Source of the DNA: Candidatus Altimarinota bacterium
Lineage (GTDB): Bacteria; Patescibacteriota; Gracilibacteria; CAIRYL01; GCA-016699755
Assembly (NCBI GenBank): GCA_963664295.1
Contig: OY760935.1
Location: 320,001-384,000 of the forward strand
Length of the DNA: 64,000 nt
Direction of reading: 5' to 3'
The translations under genes were made by a program, and so were the position numbers. Every line of letters begins with the position of its first letter. Within the stretch, counting starts at the first letter, position 1. Positions 9,493-19,259 of the stretch are shown here, piece after piece. Under the pieces are notes generated by a model. That model was not told where the DNA came from and did not search any database. It saw nothing but the letters and a program-made list of their open reading frames with translations.

Positions 9493-12400
9493 CTAATAGG
9501 ATCTTGTAGTAGAAAGATTTTGTGTGCTTAATCTATCCATTCGATCCTGGATTGACCTTGGAACAGCCAGTTGGTTAGACTTATGACTTAATAATATTCT
9601 TAGTGTATTATCATCAACTTCTTTGAGTTTATCTAGTATGAGCCAAGCTTCTTTAAATTGTACTAATATTGTTGCAACAGGCTCATCTATTTCTTCAATA
9701 CCTAGTTGAAGAGTGCTTCCTCTGTATTTTATTATTTCTGTGGCTACTTTTGTGCTTATTTTTTTAACATTTGGCAAAGTAAGACCAGTACTTTTAGACG
9801 TTTTTTCATTAGCTTTTTCTATAATTTTTTTTGCCACATCTGGTGTCAAAGTTGTTAATTGTTTAAGGTCAAAGTCTTCAATCTTAAAATCATCAGCCAG
9901 AATTTGTTCGTGCAGTTTTTCTTGCTCTGTTAATGGTGCTACTGCATCCTCCATAGGAGCTTCTGCTGTTTCTTGGGGTTGAACTATTGGTGCAGTAGTA
10001 GTAGTAGGAGTAGTAGGAGTAGTAGGAGGAGGAGCTTGTTGTGGGTTTTTTTCTTTAAATGCATCTATGCGTGCTTTGATCTCCCCTGGAACAACAAGAT
10101 TGCCTTTGTATTGTGCTAATTCTCTAATTTCTTGATCGTTTACAATGCTAAGACCACTTAAAACAAGAGTGTTTCCCGTAAATCTTGGTAGTATTTTTAC
10201 CACTGATGTACGATTTGAATCAAATGATGTAATCTCAGGAAATCTTAATTCATCAAGACCTGCTTCATTAGCTTTTTGCACAATAATTGTTGCAGTTTTT
10301 GTAGTTAGCGATCTTAAATTCTCAAGATTAAATTCATTAATATCAAAATCATCAGCTTTAATGCGATCATGCAATACTTTATTCATTACCCATATAAGTC
10401 TAAAATGATGAAAACTGAGCTCACCTTTATATTTTGCCAATGCCATTAATATGTGCTTATCTCTTACTTCATAATCACCGCCTAAATGCAAAATGCTTCC
10501 ATTAAACTTTGCCAATGCTTCTGCTTCTTTGATGGTTATTTTTTTAAGACCACCTAAATAAAGTTTGTCCACTTTAATTCCTGCCAATATTTTTGCTATT
10601 TTGATGTTTATTTGCTTAAGGCCATTTAAATCAAGATTATCTCCTTTAAATTCTGCTAATTCTCTTGCTATTGTTTCATCTATGCTTGTAACTCTGCTCA
10701 AATAAAGGTTGCAACTTGCTTCATTGGCTTTTTTTACAAGTTGTTTTGTCACATTTGGTGTTAAGGTTGTTAGTTGTTTAAAGTTAAACTTTGTAATATC
10801 AAAATCATCAGCCAAGATTTGCTTGTGCAATAAGTCATTCATGCGTTCTCTGATGCTATCTGGAATATGAAGTCGGTTTTTATATTTTGTTAATGCTATT
10901 AACGCATCATCACTTGTTGTATTTGTAAGGCCATTTAAGTGAAGATTACTTGTTTTGGCTTTTGCTAATGCTTGTGCCATTGGCTCTTCTATTTTTTTGA
11001 TTCCATTTAATGTAAGCTTAGATCCTGCAAAATTTGCTAATGTTTGTATAGTTTTGAGGTCTATATCTTCAAGTGCATCTAAACAAAGACTTGCTCCATA
11101 AAACTCTATTAATACTTTTGCTACTGCTTCATTAATGTTTTTAACATTAGTCAATTTTAATTCACGCAAATCTGTTTTATTAAGCCTTTCTATAAGCTTT
11201 TTCGCCACATTCAATGGTAAAGTTGTAAGTTCCGTAAGATTAACTTGTGTAATATCAAAATTATCATTTAGAATTTGCTGATGTGCTTGCAGATTTGGCG
11301 TTTGTATCTTTGTAGTTTCTTGTCTTGCTGGGGAGGCAGATGGCCAATTGCTTGCATTGTAAATCAAATTAAAAGTGCATTTTCTTCCAGCAATATCAAG
11401 AGTCACCACTACATTTTTTGTTAAGCCTTCTATTTCTAAAAGTTGATTTTCTGTTATTGTAATTTTTTTAGCTCCGTCTGATGGTTCAAATTTGTCAACC
11501 GTAGCTCTGATGCCTTCTTTAATACTATCTTGAGTAAGGCAAACAATTTCCGTTAAGGGAGTGGTCTTACCGGCAGCATATTCTTTTTTTATTAAGAAAC
11601 TTTTTTGATAAGTCCAGCCTTCTTTTTTATTGCCTAATTCATACCAAGACGCAATTGTTCCTCCTCCTTCTTTGTCTTTTTTATATAGTCCTATATGTGT
11701 TAATTTTTGTAACACTGAAAGATTATCAATATTTAGTCCACCGCCATTTAAATGAGTAAGCTCTGAAAAATTTTGTAGCTGTTCTGCTGTAACTGAACAA
11801 TTATTAAAAATATTGACGTAAAAAATTCTACCATTTTTAATTTCAATTGCGTAAACAGTTTCCATTATTGCTCTTAGTGCATTTTTATCATCTTCATTTT
11901 GCAGTTTTTCAATTACAGGATTCCAGTTCTGCTGCTCTTTTGGCTTAAGGAATCCTGACTCAATTAGGCCGAATTTATCAAGCTTAATTGATTCAGGATC
12001 TTTAAATAATTCTTTGAATTTATCTAGTTCATCAGCAGGGTTGGCAGAAATGTGGTCAAGTGATTTTAAAATACTTTTAAAATCAAATTTATCTGATAAG
12101 GATTGTCTTTCTATTTCAAACTCTCTAATTTTTGAGTCAACTTCATATTTTACTGTCAGAGTATTTATATCACTTGGGTGACCACTAATATAAAGTTCAT
12201 AATTTCTATATTTTATGATGCCTGAAAAACCTGTTTCGTCACCACTGTAATGAGTAAGTTTCAATGTATCTGGCAAGCTTGCTTTAATATTTGCTTCTAT
12301 TTCTTCTATTTTGATCGCAGATGCTTCTGTAGACTCTAATGATCTTAGAGTTTGAACAATTTTTGGTGTTGTGTTTTTTCCTGGCCATCCATCTGTGGCA

Positions 12401-12780
12401 ATTGTGCTCTCAGGATGATCTTTATTCCATTTATCTTGGAAGGCTATTACAGCATTTCTTGTATTGGCACCAAAAAGTCCATCAATTTTGCCAACTTGCC
12501 CACCATATCCCAAATAACAAAGACCTTGTTGTAATGCATAAACATAAATAGGAGAATTATTAGGCATTTTATTCTTTTTACTCCAGTTAACATTTTCTAT
12601 TTCTTCAAGTTTTGATGCACATTCAGATGGACTCAAAACCTTTTGTGATAATTGATTTAAACTATCTTTAACCCAGGGTATCATTTCGTTTTTTTCAAGT
12701 ATGTTGTCGCTACAATTGAATGGTTGTTCCTCAAGTTGCTCAAGGATCAATTTGTTTTCTGTAAAAAATTTTCTTTTCAT
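9493..12780 (-). CDS. Peptidoglycan-binding-domain protein with four ~22-aa LRR-like repeat modules
   Basis: PG_binding_1-like LQQGLCYLGY...IDGLFGANTRNAVIAFQ...DGWPGKNT; modules begin H.QIL.DDF...LTTLTP.VAK; repeats LxLxGLxxIxxxxAxxLAxFxG. Confidence 0.75.
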   Translation of the reverse strand: MKRKFFTENKLILEQLEEQPFNCSDNILEKNEMIPWVKDSLNQLSQKVLSPSECASKLEEIENVNWSKKNKMPNNSPIYVYALQQGLCYLGYGGQVGKIDGLFGANTRNAVIAFQDKWNKDHPESTIATDGWPGKNTTPKIVQTLRSLESTEASAIKIEEIEANIKASLPDTLKLTHYSGDETGFSGIIKYRNYELYISGHPSDINTLTVKYEVDSKIREFEIERQSLSDKFDFKSILKSLDHISANPADELDKFKELFKDPESIKLDKFGLIESGFLKPKEQQNWNPVIEKLQNEDDKNALRAIMETVYAIEIKNGRIFYVNIFNNCSVTAEQLQNFSELTHLNGGGLNIDNLSVLQKLTHIGLYKKDKEGGGTIASWYELGNKKEGWTYQKSFLIKKEYAAGKTTPLTEIVCLTQDSIKEGIRATVDKFEPSDGAKKITITENQLLEIEGLTKNVVVTLDIAGRKCTFNLIYNASNWPSASPARQETTKIQTPNLQAHQQILNDNFDITQVNLTELTTLPLNVAKKLIERLNKTDLRELKLTNVKNINEAVAKVLIEFYGASLCLDALEDIDLKTIQTLANFAGSKLTLNGIKKIEEPMAQALAKAKTSNLHLNGLTNTTSDDALIALTKYKNRLHIPDSIRERMNDLLHKQILADDFDITKFNFKQLTTLTPNVTKQLVKKANEASCNLYLSRVTSIDETIARELAEFKGDNLDLNGLKQINIKIAKILAGIKVDKLYLGGLKKITIKEAEALAKFNGSILHLGGDYEVRDKHILMALAKYKGELSFHHFRLIWVMNKVLHDRIKADDFDINEFNLENLRSLTTKTATIIVQKANEAGLDELRFPEITSFDSNRTSVVKILPRFTGNTLVLSGLSIVNDQEIRELAQYKGNLVVPGEIKARIDAFKEKNPQQAPPPTTPTTPTTTTAPIVQPQETAEAPMEDAVAPLTEQEKLHEQILADDFKIEDFDLKQLTTLTPDVAKKIIEKANEKTSKSTGLTLPNVKKISTKVATEIIKYRGSTLQLGIEEIDEPVATILVQFKEAWLILDKLKEVDDNTLRILLSHKSNQLAVPRSIQDRMDRLSTQNLSTTRSY
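9995..10034. repeat. Low-complexity gtagtagga tandem repeat encoding a Pro/Thr linker
   Basis: gtagtagtagtaggagtagtaggagtagtaggaggaggag encodes PPPTTPTTPTTTT on the minus strand. Confidence 0.8.
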
Positions 12781-12869
12781 GTTTATTTTTGTTTAATCAT
12801 ATCATTATAACACAATTTATTCGTAAATGTAAAGAAAAAGCAGGTTTTAGCCTGAAATAAACTTCATTA

Positions 12870-12898
12870 TTGACAAATAAATAAAATTATGTTAAATT
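12870..12898 (+). promoter_or_regulatory. Sigma70-type promoter of cassette 1
   Basis: TTGACA, 17-bp spacer, TAAATT with an extended -10 TG. Confidence 0.65.
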
Positions 12899-12907
12899 CC
12901 TAAACTA

Positions 12908-13004
12908 TTCTTTGACAATTTGTTAATAGAAAGCGGATTGCCTGCTTTAAATACTGCGACGCAAAGCGCATGCGCAAAAACAAAAGTAGGTAATCCGTCT
13001 TTTT
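12908..13004 (+). ncRNA. Structured leader: boxA-like TTCTTTGACAAT plus a 15-bp stem with an inner hairpin
   Basis: cggattgcctgcttt pairs with aaagtaggtaatccg using two G-U pairs that form only on the + strand; followed by a U-run. Confidence 0.5.
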
Positions 13005-13043
13005 ATCACAATAAATCCAATAAATAAAAGAAAGGAGGAGGTT

Positions 13044-13358
13044 ATGAAAAAGATTTTAAATAGGTCATGTTTAGCTACGAAAAAGCTAATCGAAAACAAA
13101 ACCGGAATTCCGATAAAATTCGTCATGGGAACGCCTTTTATTTGGAACTTTCAGCAATCATTTGCGGTTTTTTTGGTTTTTACCTGGGTTGCAGGAGTAA
13201 TTGAGACTTGCTATGTAGGATACTACATGACAAAGGTAGGAATCAAAAAAGAGCCTACTGCAATGTTTCAAAAGATACTCAGCATCTTTATGTGGGCCAC
13301 GATATTGACAGCGGGCTTGTATATGGAACTTTTTATGCATTGTGAGTTTTTATGGTAG
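13044..13358 (+). CDS. Small orphan membrane protein (about 2 TM)
   Basis: Strong SD aaaggaggagg at 13031-13041; two hydrophobic stretches; own promoter and terminator. Confidence 0.7.
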   Translation: MKKILNRSCLATKKLIENKTGIPIKFVMGTPFIWNFQQSFAVFLVFTWVAGVIETCYVGYYMTKVGIKKEPTAMFQKILSIFMWATILTAGLYMELFMHCEFLW

Positions 13359-13369
13359 ATAGACGGAAA

Positions 13370-13418
13370 AGGGAACGAGCCGGCGGCTTTACAGCACCCG
13401 GCTCGGCCCTCTTTTTTT
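13370..13418 (+). terminator. Long GC-rich intrinsic terminator of cassette 1
   Basis: aggg..cgagccgg..gct-ttac-agc..ccggctcg.ccct followed by T7. Confidence 0.8.
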
Positions 13419-13426
13419 GTATATAT

Positions 13427-13458
13427 AAAAAAACCTTGCTCAGAAAAGCAAGGTTTTT
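13427..13458 (-). terminator. Terminator of the V-ATPase operon, directly after subunit B
   Basis: aaaaaaaccttgct-loop-agcaaggttttt. Confidence 0.75.
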
Positions 13459-13482
13459 AAAACTTACAAATAAACACAAGAT

Positions 13483-14856
13483 TTATTTCATATATTTTTC
13501 AACCATATCAGCCTTAACACGCTTAAGCTCTTGTTTAGGTAATATTTTTAATAATTCCCAACCAATTTCAAGAGTTTCTTCAATGGAACGATTTTCTTGT
13601 TCACCCTGGCGAACAAACTTATCTTCATATTCTTCAGCAAATTTCAAATAAGCTTTATCAGTGTCATCAAGAGCAGATTCACCAAGAACAACAGCAAGCT
13701 CACGCACATCTTTACCACGAGCATAAGAAGCAAAAAGCTGATCTTTTAAACCTGAGTGATCCTCACGAGTTTTACCCTCACCAACACCAGCACTCCACAA
13801 GCGAGAAAGAGAGCGAAGCACATCAACAGGTGGGAAAATACCTTTTTGATACAAAGAACGATCAATCACAAACTGTCCTTCTGTAATATAACCTGTCAAA
13901 TCAGGAATTGGATGAGTAATATCATCTTCTGGCATGGTTAAGATAGGAATTTGTGTCACAGAACCATCTTTTCCTTTAATACGCCCAGCTCTTTCATAAA
14001 TAGTAGAAAGATCAGTATATAAATAACCAGGGTAACCACGACGACCAGGAATTTCTTTACGAGCCGCAGAAACCTCACGCAATGCTTCACAATAGTTAGT
14101 CATGTCAGTAAGAATAACCAAAACATGCATATTTTTTTCATAAGCTAAATATTCCGCAACAGTAAGAGCTAAACGAGGGGTAGCAATACGCTCAACCACC
14201 GGATCAGCCGCAGTGTTAATAAAAAGTACGGAATTCTCAAGAGCACCAGCTTTTTCAAAATCTTTTTGGAAGTATTGTGCTTCCTCAAAAGTCACACCCA
14301 TAGCACCAAATACCACAGCAAAGCTAGAGCCATCTTTCACAGCAGCCTGACGAGCAATTTGAGTAGCCAATCTGTTGTGTGGAAGACCAGAACCAGAGAA
14401 GATAGGCAATTTTTGACCACGAACCAAAGTATTCATGGCATCAATAGTGGAAACACCGGTTTGAATAAAGTCATTCGGAAAAGCGCGAGAAACAGGGTTA
14501 ATAGGAGCACCATTAATATCTACCTTTTTTTCAGGGATAATTTCAGCACCACCATCAATTGGTTTACCAGAGCCATTAAAAACGCGTCCAAGCATGTCAT
14601 TAGAAACACCGATTTGCATCGGTTCTCCAAGGAAACGTACTTTTGTTTCAGCTGTTTGAATTCCACGAGTTTCTTCAAACATCTGCACAACAGCACGATC
14701 TGATGCTGCCTCAAGAACTTTTCCAAGTCTTGTACGGTTTTCACCAGGTACTTGAACTTCAACAAGCTCATCATAGCCAACTTTGGCATCTTCTGGTAAT
14801 CCTACTATCAGTAGCGGACCTGCTACCTCTTGTACTGTTTTGAATTGTGTTTGCAT
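13483..14856 (-). CDS. ntpB: V/A-type ATPase subunit B
   Basis: [48 protein letters not shown]. Confidence 0.96.
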   Translation of the reverse strand: MQTQFKTVQEVAGPLLIVGLPEDAKVGYDELVEVQVPGENRTRLGKVLEAASDRAVVQMFEETRGIQTAETKVRFLGEPMQIGVSNDMLGRVFNGSGKPIDGGAEIIPEKKVDINGAPINPVSRAFPNDFIQTGVSTIDAMNTLVRGQKLPIFSGSGLPHNRLATQIARQAAVKDGSSFAVVFGAMGVTFEEAQYFQKDFEKAGALENSVLFINTAADPVVERIATPRLALTVAEYLAYEKNMHVLVILTDMTNYCEALREVSAARKEIPGRRGYPGYLYTDLSTIYERAGRIKGKDGSVTQIPILTMPEDDITHPIPDLTGYITEGQFVIDRSLYQKGIFPPVDVLRSLSRLWSAGVGEGKTREDHSGLKDQLFASYARGKDVRELAVVLGESALDDTDKAYLKFAEEYEDKFVRQGEQENRSIEETLEIGWELLKILPKQELKRVKADMVEKYMK

Positions 14857-14890
14857 TGTTAATTAGAAATAGTTTAGTTATTTGTAAAAA

Positions 14891-16654
14891 TTATCCTCTC
14901 AATTTCAAAATTTCTTCTTCCACTCTTTTTGCAAGATCTGCAAATTTTTCAGGTTGATCAGCAGGAATATCCTTTGCTTTTACAACCTCTTGTAAAACAG
15001 GAAGTTCTTCAAGATTTTTAAATTCAAAATCTTCACCCTCAATAACTTTTCTGCCAGCTTTATAAATAGTGACAATAGCTTTCAAGATACCATATTGTTT
15101 AGAAAGGGAAGTATAAGCATCTTCTTTGTCAAAAGCATTTTGGAAAAGGAAATCCTCACGAACAGATTTAGCAGTAAGAAGAACTAATCTTTCACGACTT
15201 GATAAAGCTTCCATACCAACCAATTTTACAATTTCTTCTAATTTTGCTTCTTCTTGCAATAGGTTCATAGCTTCTGTACGCACCTCTGAATAATCTGGAG
15301 CAACTTCTTTTGCCCAGAATTCTTTTACATTATCAGTATAAAGAGTATAACTTGTTAACCAGTTAATAGCAGGGAAGTGCCTTTTATAAGCTAATGCAGC
15401 GTCTAATCCCCAGAATGTTTTTGTCACACGGAGTGTGTTCTGTGTCACAGGCTCAGAAAGATCACCACCTGGAGGAGAAACCGCTCCAACCACTGTTAAA
15501 GTACCTTTTCTGTCATCAGAACCAAGACATTCAACAGCACCAGCTCTTTCATAGAAACTAGCTGTTCTTGAGCCTAAATAAGCTGGATAACCTTCTTCAC
15601 CTGGCATTTCTTCTAAACGACCAGAAATTTCACGCATAGCCTCAGCCCAGCGAGAAGTTGAATCCGCCATCAAAGCAACATTATAGCCCATATCACGATA
15701 ATATTCAGCAATAGTAATACCAGTATAAATAGAAGCTTCACGAGCCGCCACTGGCATATTAGAAGTATTAGCAATCATTATTGTACGTTTCATTAATGGT
15801 TCACCTGTGTTTGGATCTTCCAAATGAGGAAATTCATTAAGCACCTCTGTCATCTCATTACCACGTTCGCCACAACCAATGTAAACAATTACCTCAGCAT
15901 CGCAATATTTGGCTAAAGATTGCTGTGTCACTGTCTTACCAGCTCCAAAAGGGCCAGGAATACAAGCAGCGCCACCTTTTGCAACTGTAAAGAAAGTGTC
16001 AATTGTTCTTGTTCCTGTAATAAGTGGAATTTGTGGAACAAATTTACCTTTCACAGGGCGTGGTTCACGAATTGGCCATTCTTGTAACATGGCAATTTCA
16101 TGTTTTGTGCCATTATCATCAATAACAGCAATAGTTTCTTCTATTGTATGATCTCCGCTTTTAATTTCTTTTATAACTCCGTTAATTCCAGGAGGAACCA
16201 TAACTTTATGCTTAATCAATACTGTTTCTTTAACCTCACCAATAACATCACCTTCTTTAACAGTGTCACCTGTGCTTACAGTTGGTTTAAAATCCCACTT
16301 TTTTGTACGAGAAACACCTGGAACATCAATACCACGAGCAATAAATGCAGAACCAGATTCTTTTTCTATAAGCTGTAGAGGTCTTTGAACACCATCGTAA
16401 ATAGACTCCAAAAGTCCAGGAGCAAGTTCAACCACCATAGTTTGTCCAGTTGCACTAACTGGCTCACCAGGTGTCACACCAGATGTGTCTTCATATACCT
16501 GAATAGAGGCTTTGTCGCCATCAAGTTCGATAATTTCACCCACCAAATTAGCATCAGATACGCGCACAACCTCAAACACTTTTGCGCCAGACATACCATC
16601 TGCAATAACCAATGGACCTGCTACACGAACTATTTTTCCTTTAATTTGTGACAT
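14891..16654 (-). CDS. ntpA: V/A-type ATPase catalytic subunit A
   Basis: P-loop [44 protein letters not shown]. Confidence 0.97.
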   Translation of the reverse strand: MSQIKGKIVRVAGPLVIADGMSGAKVFEVVRVSDANLVGEIIELDGDKASIQVYEDTSGVTPGEPVSATGQTMVVELAPGLLESIYDGVQRPLQLIEKESGSAFIARGIDVPGVSRTKKWDFKPTVSTGDTVKEGDVIGEVKETVLIKHKVMVPPGINGVIKEIKSGDHTIEETIAVIDDNGTKHEIAMLQEWPIREPRPVKGKFVPQIPLITGTRTIDTFFTVAKGGAACIPGPFGAGKTVTQQSLAKYCDAEVIVYIGCGERGNEMTEVLNEFPHLEDPNTGEPLMKRTIMIANTSNMPVAAREASIYTGITIAEYYRDMGYNVALMADSTSRWAEAMREISGRLEEMPGEEGYPAYLGSRTASFYERAGAVECLGSDDRKGTLTVVGAVSPPGGDLSEPVTQNTLRVTKTFWGLDAALAYKRHFPAINWLTSYTLYTDNVKEFWAKEVAPDYSEVRTEAMNLLQEEAKLEEIVKLVGMEALSSRERLVLLTAKSVREDFLFQNAFDKEDAYTSLSKQYGILKAIVTIYKAGRKVIEGEDFEFKNLEELPVLQEVVKAKDIPADQPEKFADLAKRVEEEILKLRG

Positions 16655-16710
16655 GGCTTTAGTTTTAAAAATTACAAAATATTTATTAAATTAATTAAAA
16701 ACAAAATTTT

Positions 16711-17067
16711 TTATGAATCGCCAAAAATATCAGTACCAACGGCTTTTTCAACAATACTGCGGATTTTAGTTTCACCAAAACCACTAGCACCTTTATGACC
16801 AGGTAAAGATATAATAGCTGGCAAAGCACCAGCAGTGAGTTTTTTTAGATCATCTTCACTAACTTCTTTCATTATATCCTCCATAACAAAAGCAATTGCA
16901 TATAGAGGAGGGGAGTTTTCATCATTATTATCTTGGCGTGCTTTTTTAATGTCAAATAAGGTTGAAATAGCATGCTCTACATCTTTTGTAGGAAAAATCT
17001 GCACACCAACAGCAGAAAAACCAATTATTTCTTCTTTTTTGCCAACAATAGCAATCTTATATTTCAT
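16711..17067 (-). CDS. ntpG: V/A-type ATPase subunit F
   Basis: KIAIVG...GFSAVG and C-terminal IVEKAVGTDI; position before subunit A (Enterococcus ntpG encodes subunit F). Confidence 0.85.
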   Translation of the reverse strand: MKYKIAIVGKKEEIIGFSAVGVQIFPTKDVEHAISTLFDIKKARQDNNDENSPPLYAIAFVMEDIMKEVSEDDLKKLTAGALPAIISLPGHKGASGFGETKIRSIVEKAVGTDIFGDS

Positions 17068-17077
17068 TATTATCTTT

Positions 17078-18082
17078 TTAAAGAGTAATAGAAGGAGTTT
17101 TTAACCAAGACCTTATTTGTTTTTCAGGCACATTGTTAAGTTTGCCAACTAAGATAGCGCGAATAATTTCTGCATTGCGTTTTTTTTGCCAAAAATAAGC
17201 AAAAATAGGATCAGGACCTTCAGATTCCCATTTAGAAGGTTTTAATATACTAAAAAGGTTTTCATCAAGAGCTTTTTCAAGTTCAAGATAAGAATTTATT
17301 TTTTCATCACTAATTTTAGACTTCAGAGTTTCCTTAATAGATAAAGAATTAATTTTATCAATAAAATCACCTAAAGAAGTGCTGTTTTCAAATATTGATT
17401 TATCTAATTCGCCACCTTCAATAAAAAATTCTAAATTACTTTCATTGTTATCAAAGTCCACTCTTCTTAAGAAAGAAAGAATATTTTTAACATCCACATA
17501 TCTTTTAAAGAATTTTTTAATCATAGGGCTAGTTTTTTGAGTCATACTCAAAACTACACCAAGACCAGCTTTTTCAATAATTAGTTCTACTTTTTCAGGA
17601 TTTTTTGTTTTTTCATATACACTTTTACACTCTTCAATTAACTCTGATAATTCTTCAAAATGCTCAAAATGTTCACCTTCGAAAACAATTCTGCGCATTT
17701 TACCACGAGAAACAATACCAAGAGGGGAGAGAAGTGATTTTACATCATCAGCATCTTCTCCCTTTAATAGAGCTTTAATAAGCACCTTGGCATTATAAAC
17801 ATCAAACAATAACCAAAGAAAATTAAAATTACCTTCAATATCCACTGCACTATTGATTAGTTGTTGAACTTCCAATAATCCTGCATCAATAACAGCATTA
17901 AAATCCTCTGGCTTATCAGCCTCGCCCAAAAAGTTTGCCCAGTCTAAATCATTTAAGACTTTAAAGGCCTCCTTAGCATTAGGAGCTGAAACCATGCGTT
18001 CAACTTGAGCAGTAGTCAAAAGTCTAGACTCAAGTGCGCGAATGCGTGCCACTGAACAAATAAAATCGTTTTTAAGAAGCAT
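17078..18082 (-). CDS. ntpC: V/A-type ATPase subunit C (d/AC39)
   Basis: ARIRALESRLL at the N-terminus; GPDPIFAY...IRAILVGK at the C-terminus. Confidence 0.88.
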   Translation of the reverse strand: MLLKNDFICSVARIRALESRLLTTAQVERMVSAPNAKEAFKVLNDLDWANFLGEADKPEDFNAVIDAGLLEVQQLINSAVDIEGNFNFLWLLFDVYNAKVLIKALLKGEDADDVKSLLSPLGIVSRGKMRRIVFEGEHFEHFEELSELIEECKSVYEKTKNPEKVELIIEKAGLGVVLSMTQKTSPMIKKFFKRYVDVKNILSFLRRVDFDNNESNLEFFIEGGELDKSIFENSTSLGDFIDKINSLSIKETLKSKISDEKINSYLELEKALDENLFSILKPSKWESEGPDPIFAYFWQKKRNAEIIRAILVGKLNNVPEKQIRSWLKTPSITL

Positions 18083-18650
18083 TAGAACCTTCAAATAATA
18101 TTTTAGCTATTTTTAATTCCACTTTTGGACGTACATTTTTGTCCACAATAGAATCAAAAGAAAAGTCAATTTCTGAGCTTTTGCCCACAAAAAGGAAACC
18201 TCCTGCAAAATCTTTTTCTTCACCTGTTTTATAGTTTTTACTTGCAGTTTTTAAAGCTTTTTCAATAATACCTTTTTGCCCTTTTGCTGGATAAATAGTG
18301 CCATCTTTTTCGTCAATTGTTGTTAAGAAAGCAACAAAAGCTTCTACTAAATCTTTTTCAGGCATTTTACTAAGCTCTTTTTTGGCTTCATTAAAAGCTT
18401 TTTCAAGTAAAGCTCGTTTTTTGTTTAAAAACAAGTTTTTACGCTCACTTTCAGCAAGTGTTTTGGTTTTGCGTTCCATTTCCTGTGATTTTTGCTCAAT
18501 CTCTTCTTGAGATTTTTCACTTATCTTAGTAGCTTGATCTTCAGCATCTTTTTTAATTTTTTGTGCTTCTGCTTCTGCATTATGCACAAGTTGTTTAGCG
18601 TCAGATTGAGCATCTTCCAAGATTTTCTGGACTATATCTGCGAGAGCCAT
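18072..18650 (-). CDS. ntpE: V/A-type ATPase subunit E
   Basis: N-terminal coiled coil (IVQKILEDA), GGF motif, D.SFDS; operon position. Confidence 0.85.
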   Translation of the reverse strand: MALADIVQKILEDAQSDAKQLVHNAEAEAQKIKKDAEDQATKISEKSQEEIEQKSQEMERKTKTLAESERKNLFLNKKRALLEKAFNEAKKELSKMPEKDLVEAFVAFLTTIDEKDGTIYPAKGQKGIIEKALKTASKNYKTGEEKDFAGGFLFVGKSSEIDFSFDSIVDKNVRPKVELKIAKILFEGSNAS

Positions 18651-18696
18651 TTTAAAACTTTAAAATTATTTTTTTAAATAAGTAATTATCTTTCAA

Positions 18697-19224
18697 TTAA
18701 GCAACTGCTTCAAGAAGTCTTTCTTTTGTAGCATTTAAAAGTAAGAATGAAGCAAGAAGACCTAAGATAGCGAATGTTTCAACGATTGCAGCAAGCACAA
18801 TTGCTTTACCAGCTTCAGCTGGGTTTTTAGCAACGATATTAGCACCTGCAACAGCAACTTTACCCTGGAAAATACCAGAAAATAAAGAAGTGATAGCTAA
18901 TGGTAAGCAAGCAAAGAAAATTTCCATACCAGCTTCCATTGAAAGACCGCCGATTGTTAAACCTCCTGAGTTAAAAAATGCAATAACCAAGAAAGTTCCA
19001 ATAAGACCGTAGATACCCTGTGAGCCAGGCAAAGCTTCCAAAACAAGAAGTTTACCGAAAGCTTCTGGTTTTTCTGCAGTCACACCAGCACCGGCTTTAC
19101 CTGCAGCGCCTACACCGATTGATGAACCAATACCACCCAAGATGGCAGCCAAAGAAGCACCAAGTACAGCAAGAGCTGGACCCCAGTTGTAGACAGTTTC
19201 TGTAATAGCGATTGTTTCTTCCAT
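18697..19224 (-). CDS. ntpK: V/A-type ATPase proteolipid subunit K (4-TM, Na+-type)
   Basis: LPGSQGIYG, FQGKVA, AAIVETFAILG; only the second hairpin carries the Glu. Confidence 0.92.
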   Translation of the reverse strand: MEETIAITETVYNWGPALAVLGASLAAILGGIGSSIGVGAAGKAGAGVTAEKPEAFGKLLVLEALPGSQGIYGLIGTFLVIAFFNSGGLTIGGLSMEAGMEIFFACLPLAITSLFSGIFQGKVAVAGANIVAKNPAEAGKAIVLAAIVETFAILGLLASFLLLNATKERLLEAVA

Positions 19225-19259
19225 TTTAGTAAAAAATAAAATTTAAAAAATAATTGAAA

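Noticed and set aside
12955-12970. GACGCAAAGC resembling the c-di-GMP-I (GEMM) riboswitch core
   Set aside because: The required upstream GGCAAAC...GNRA hairpin is absent and the motif sits inside a different long stem
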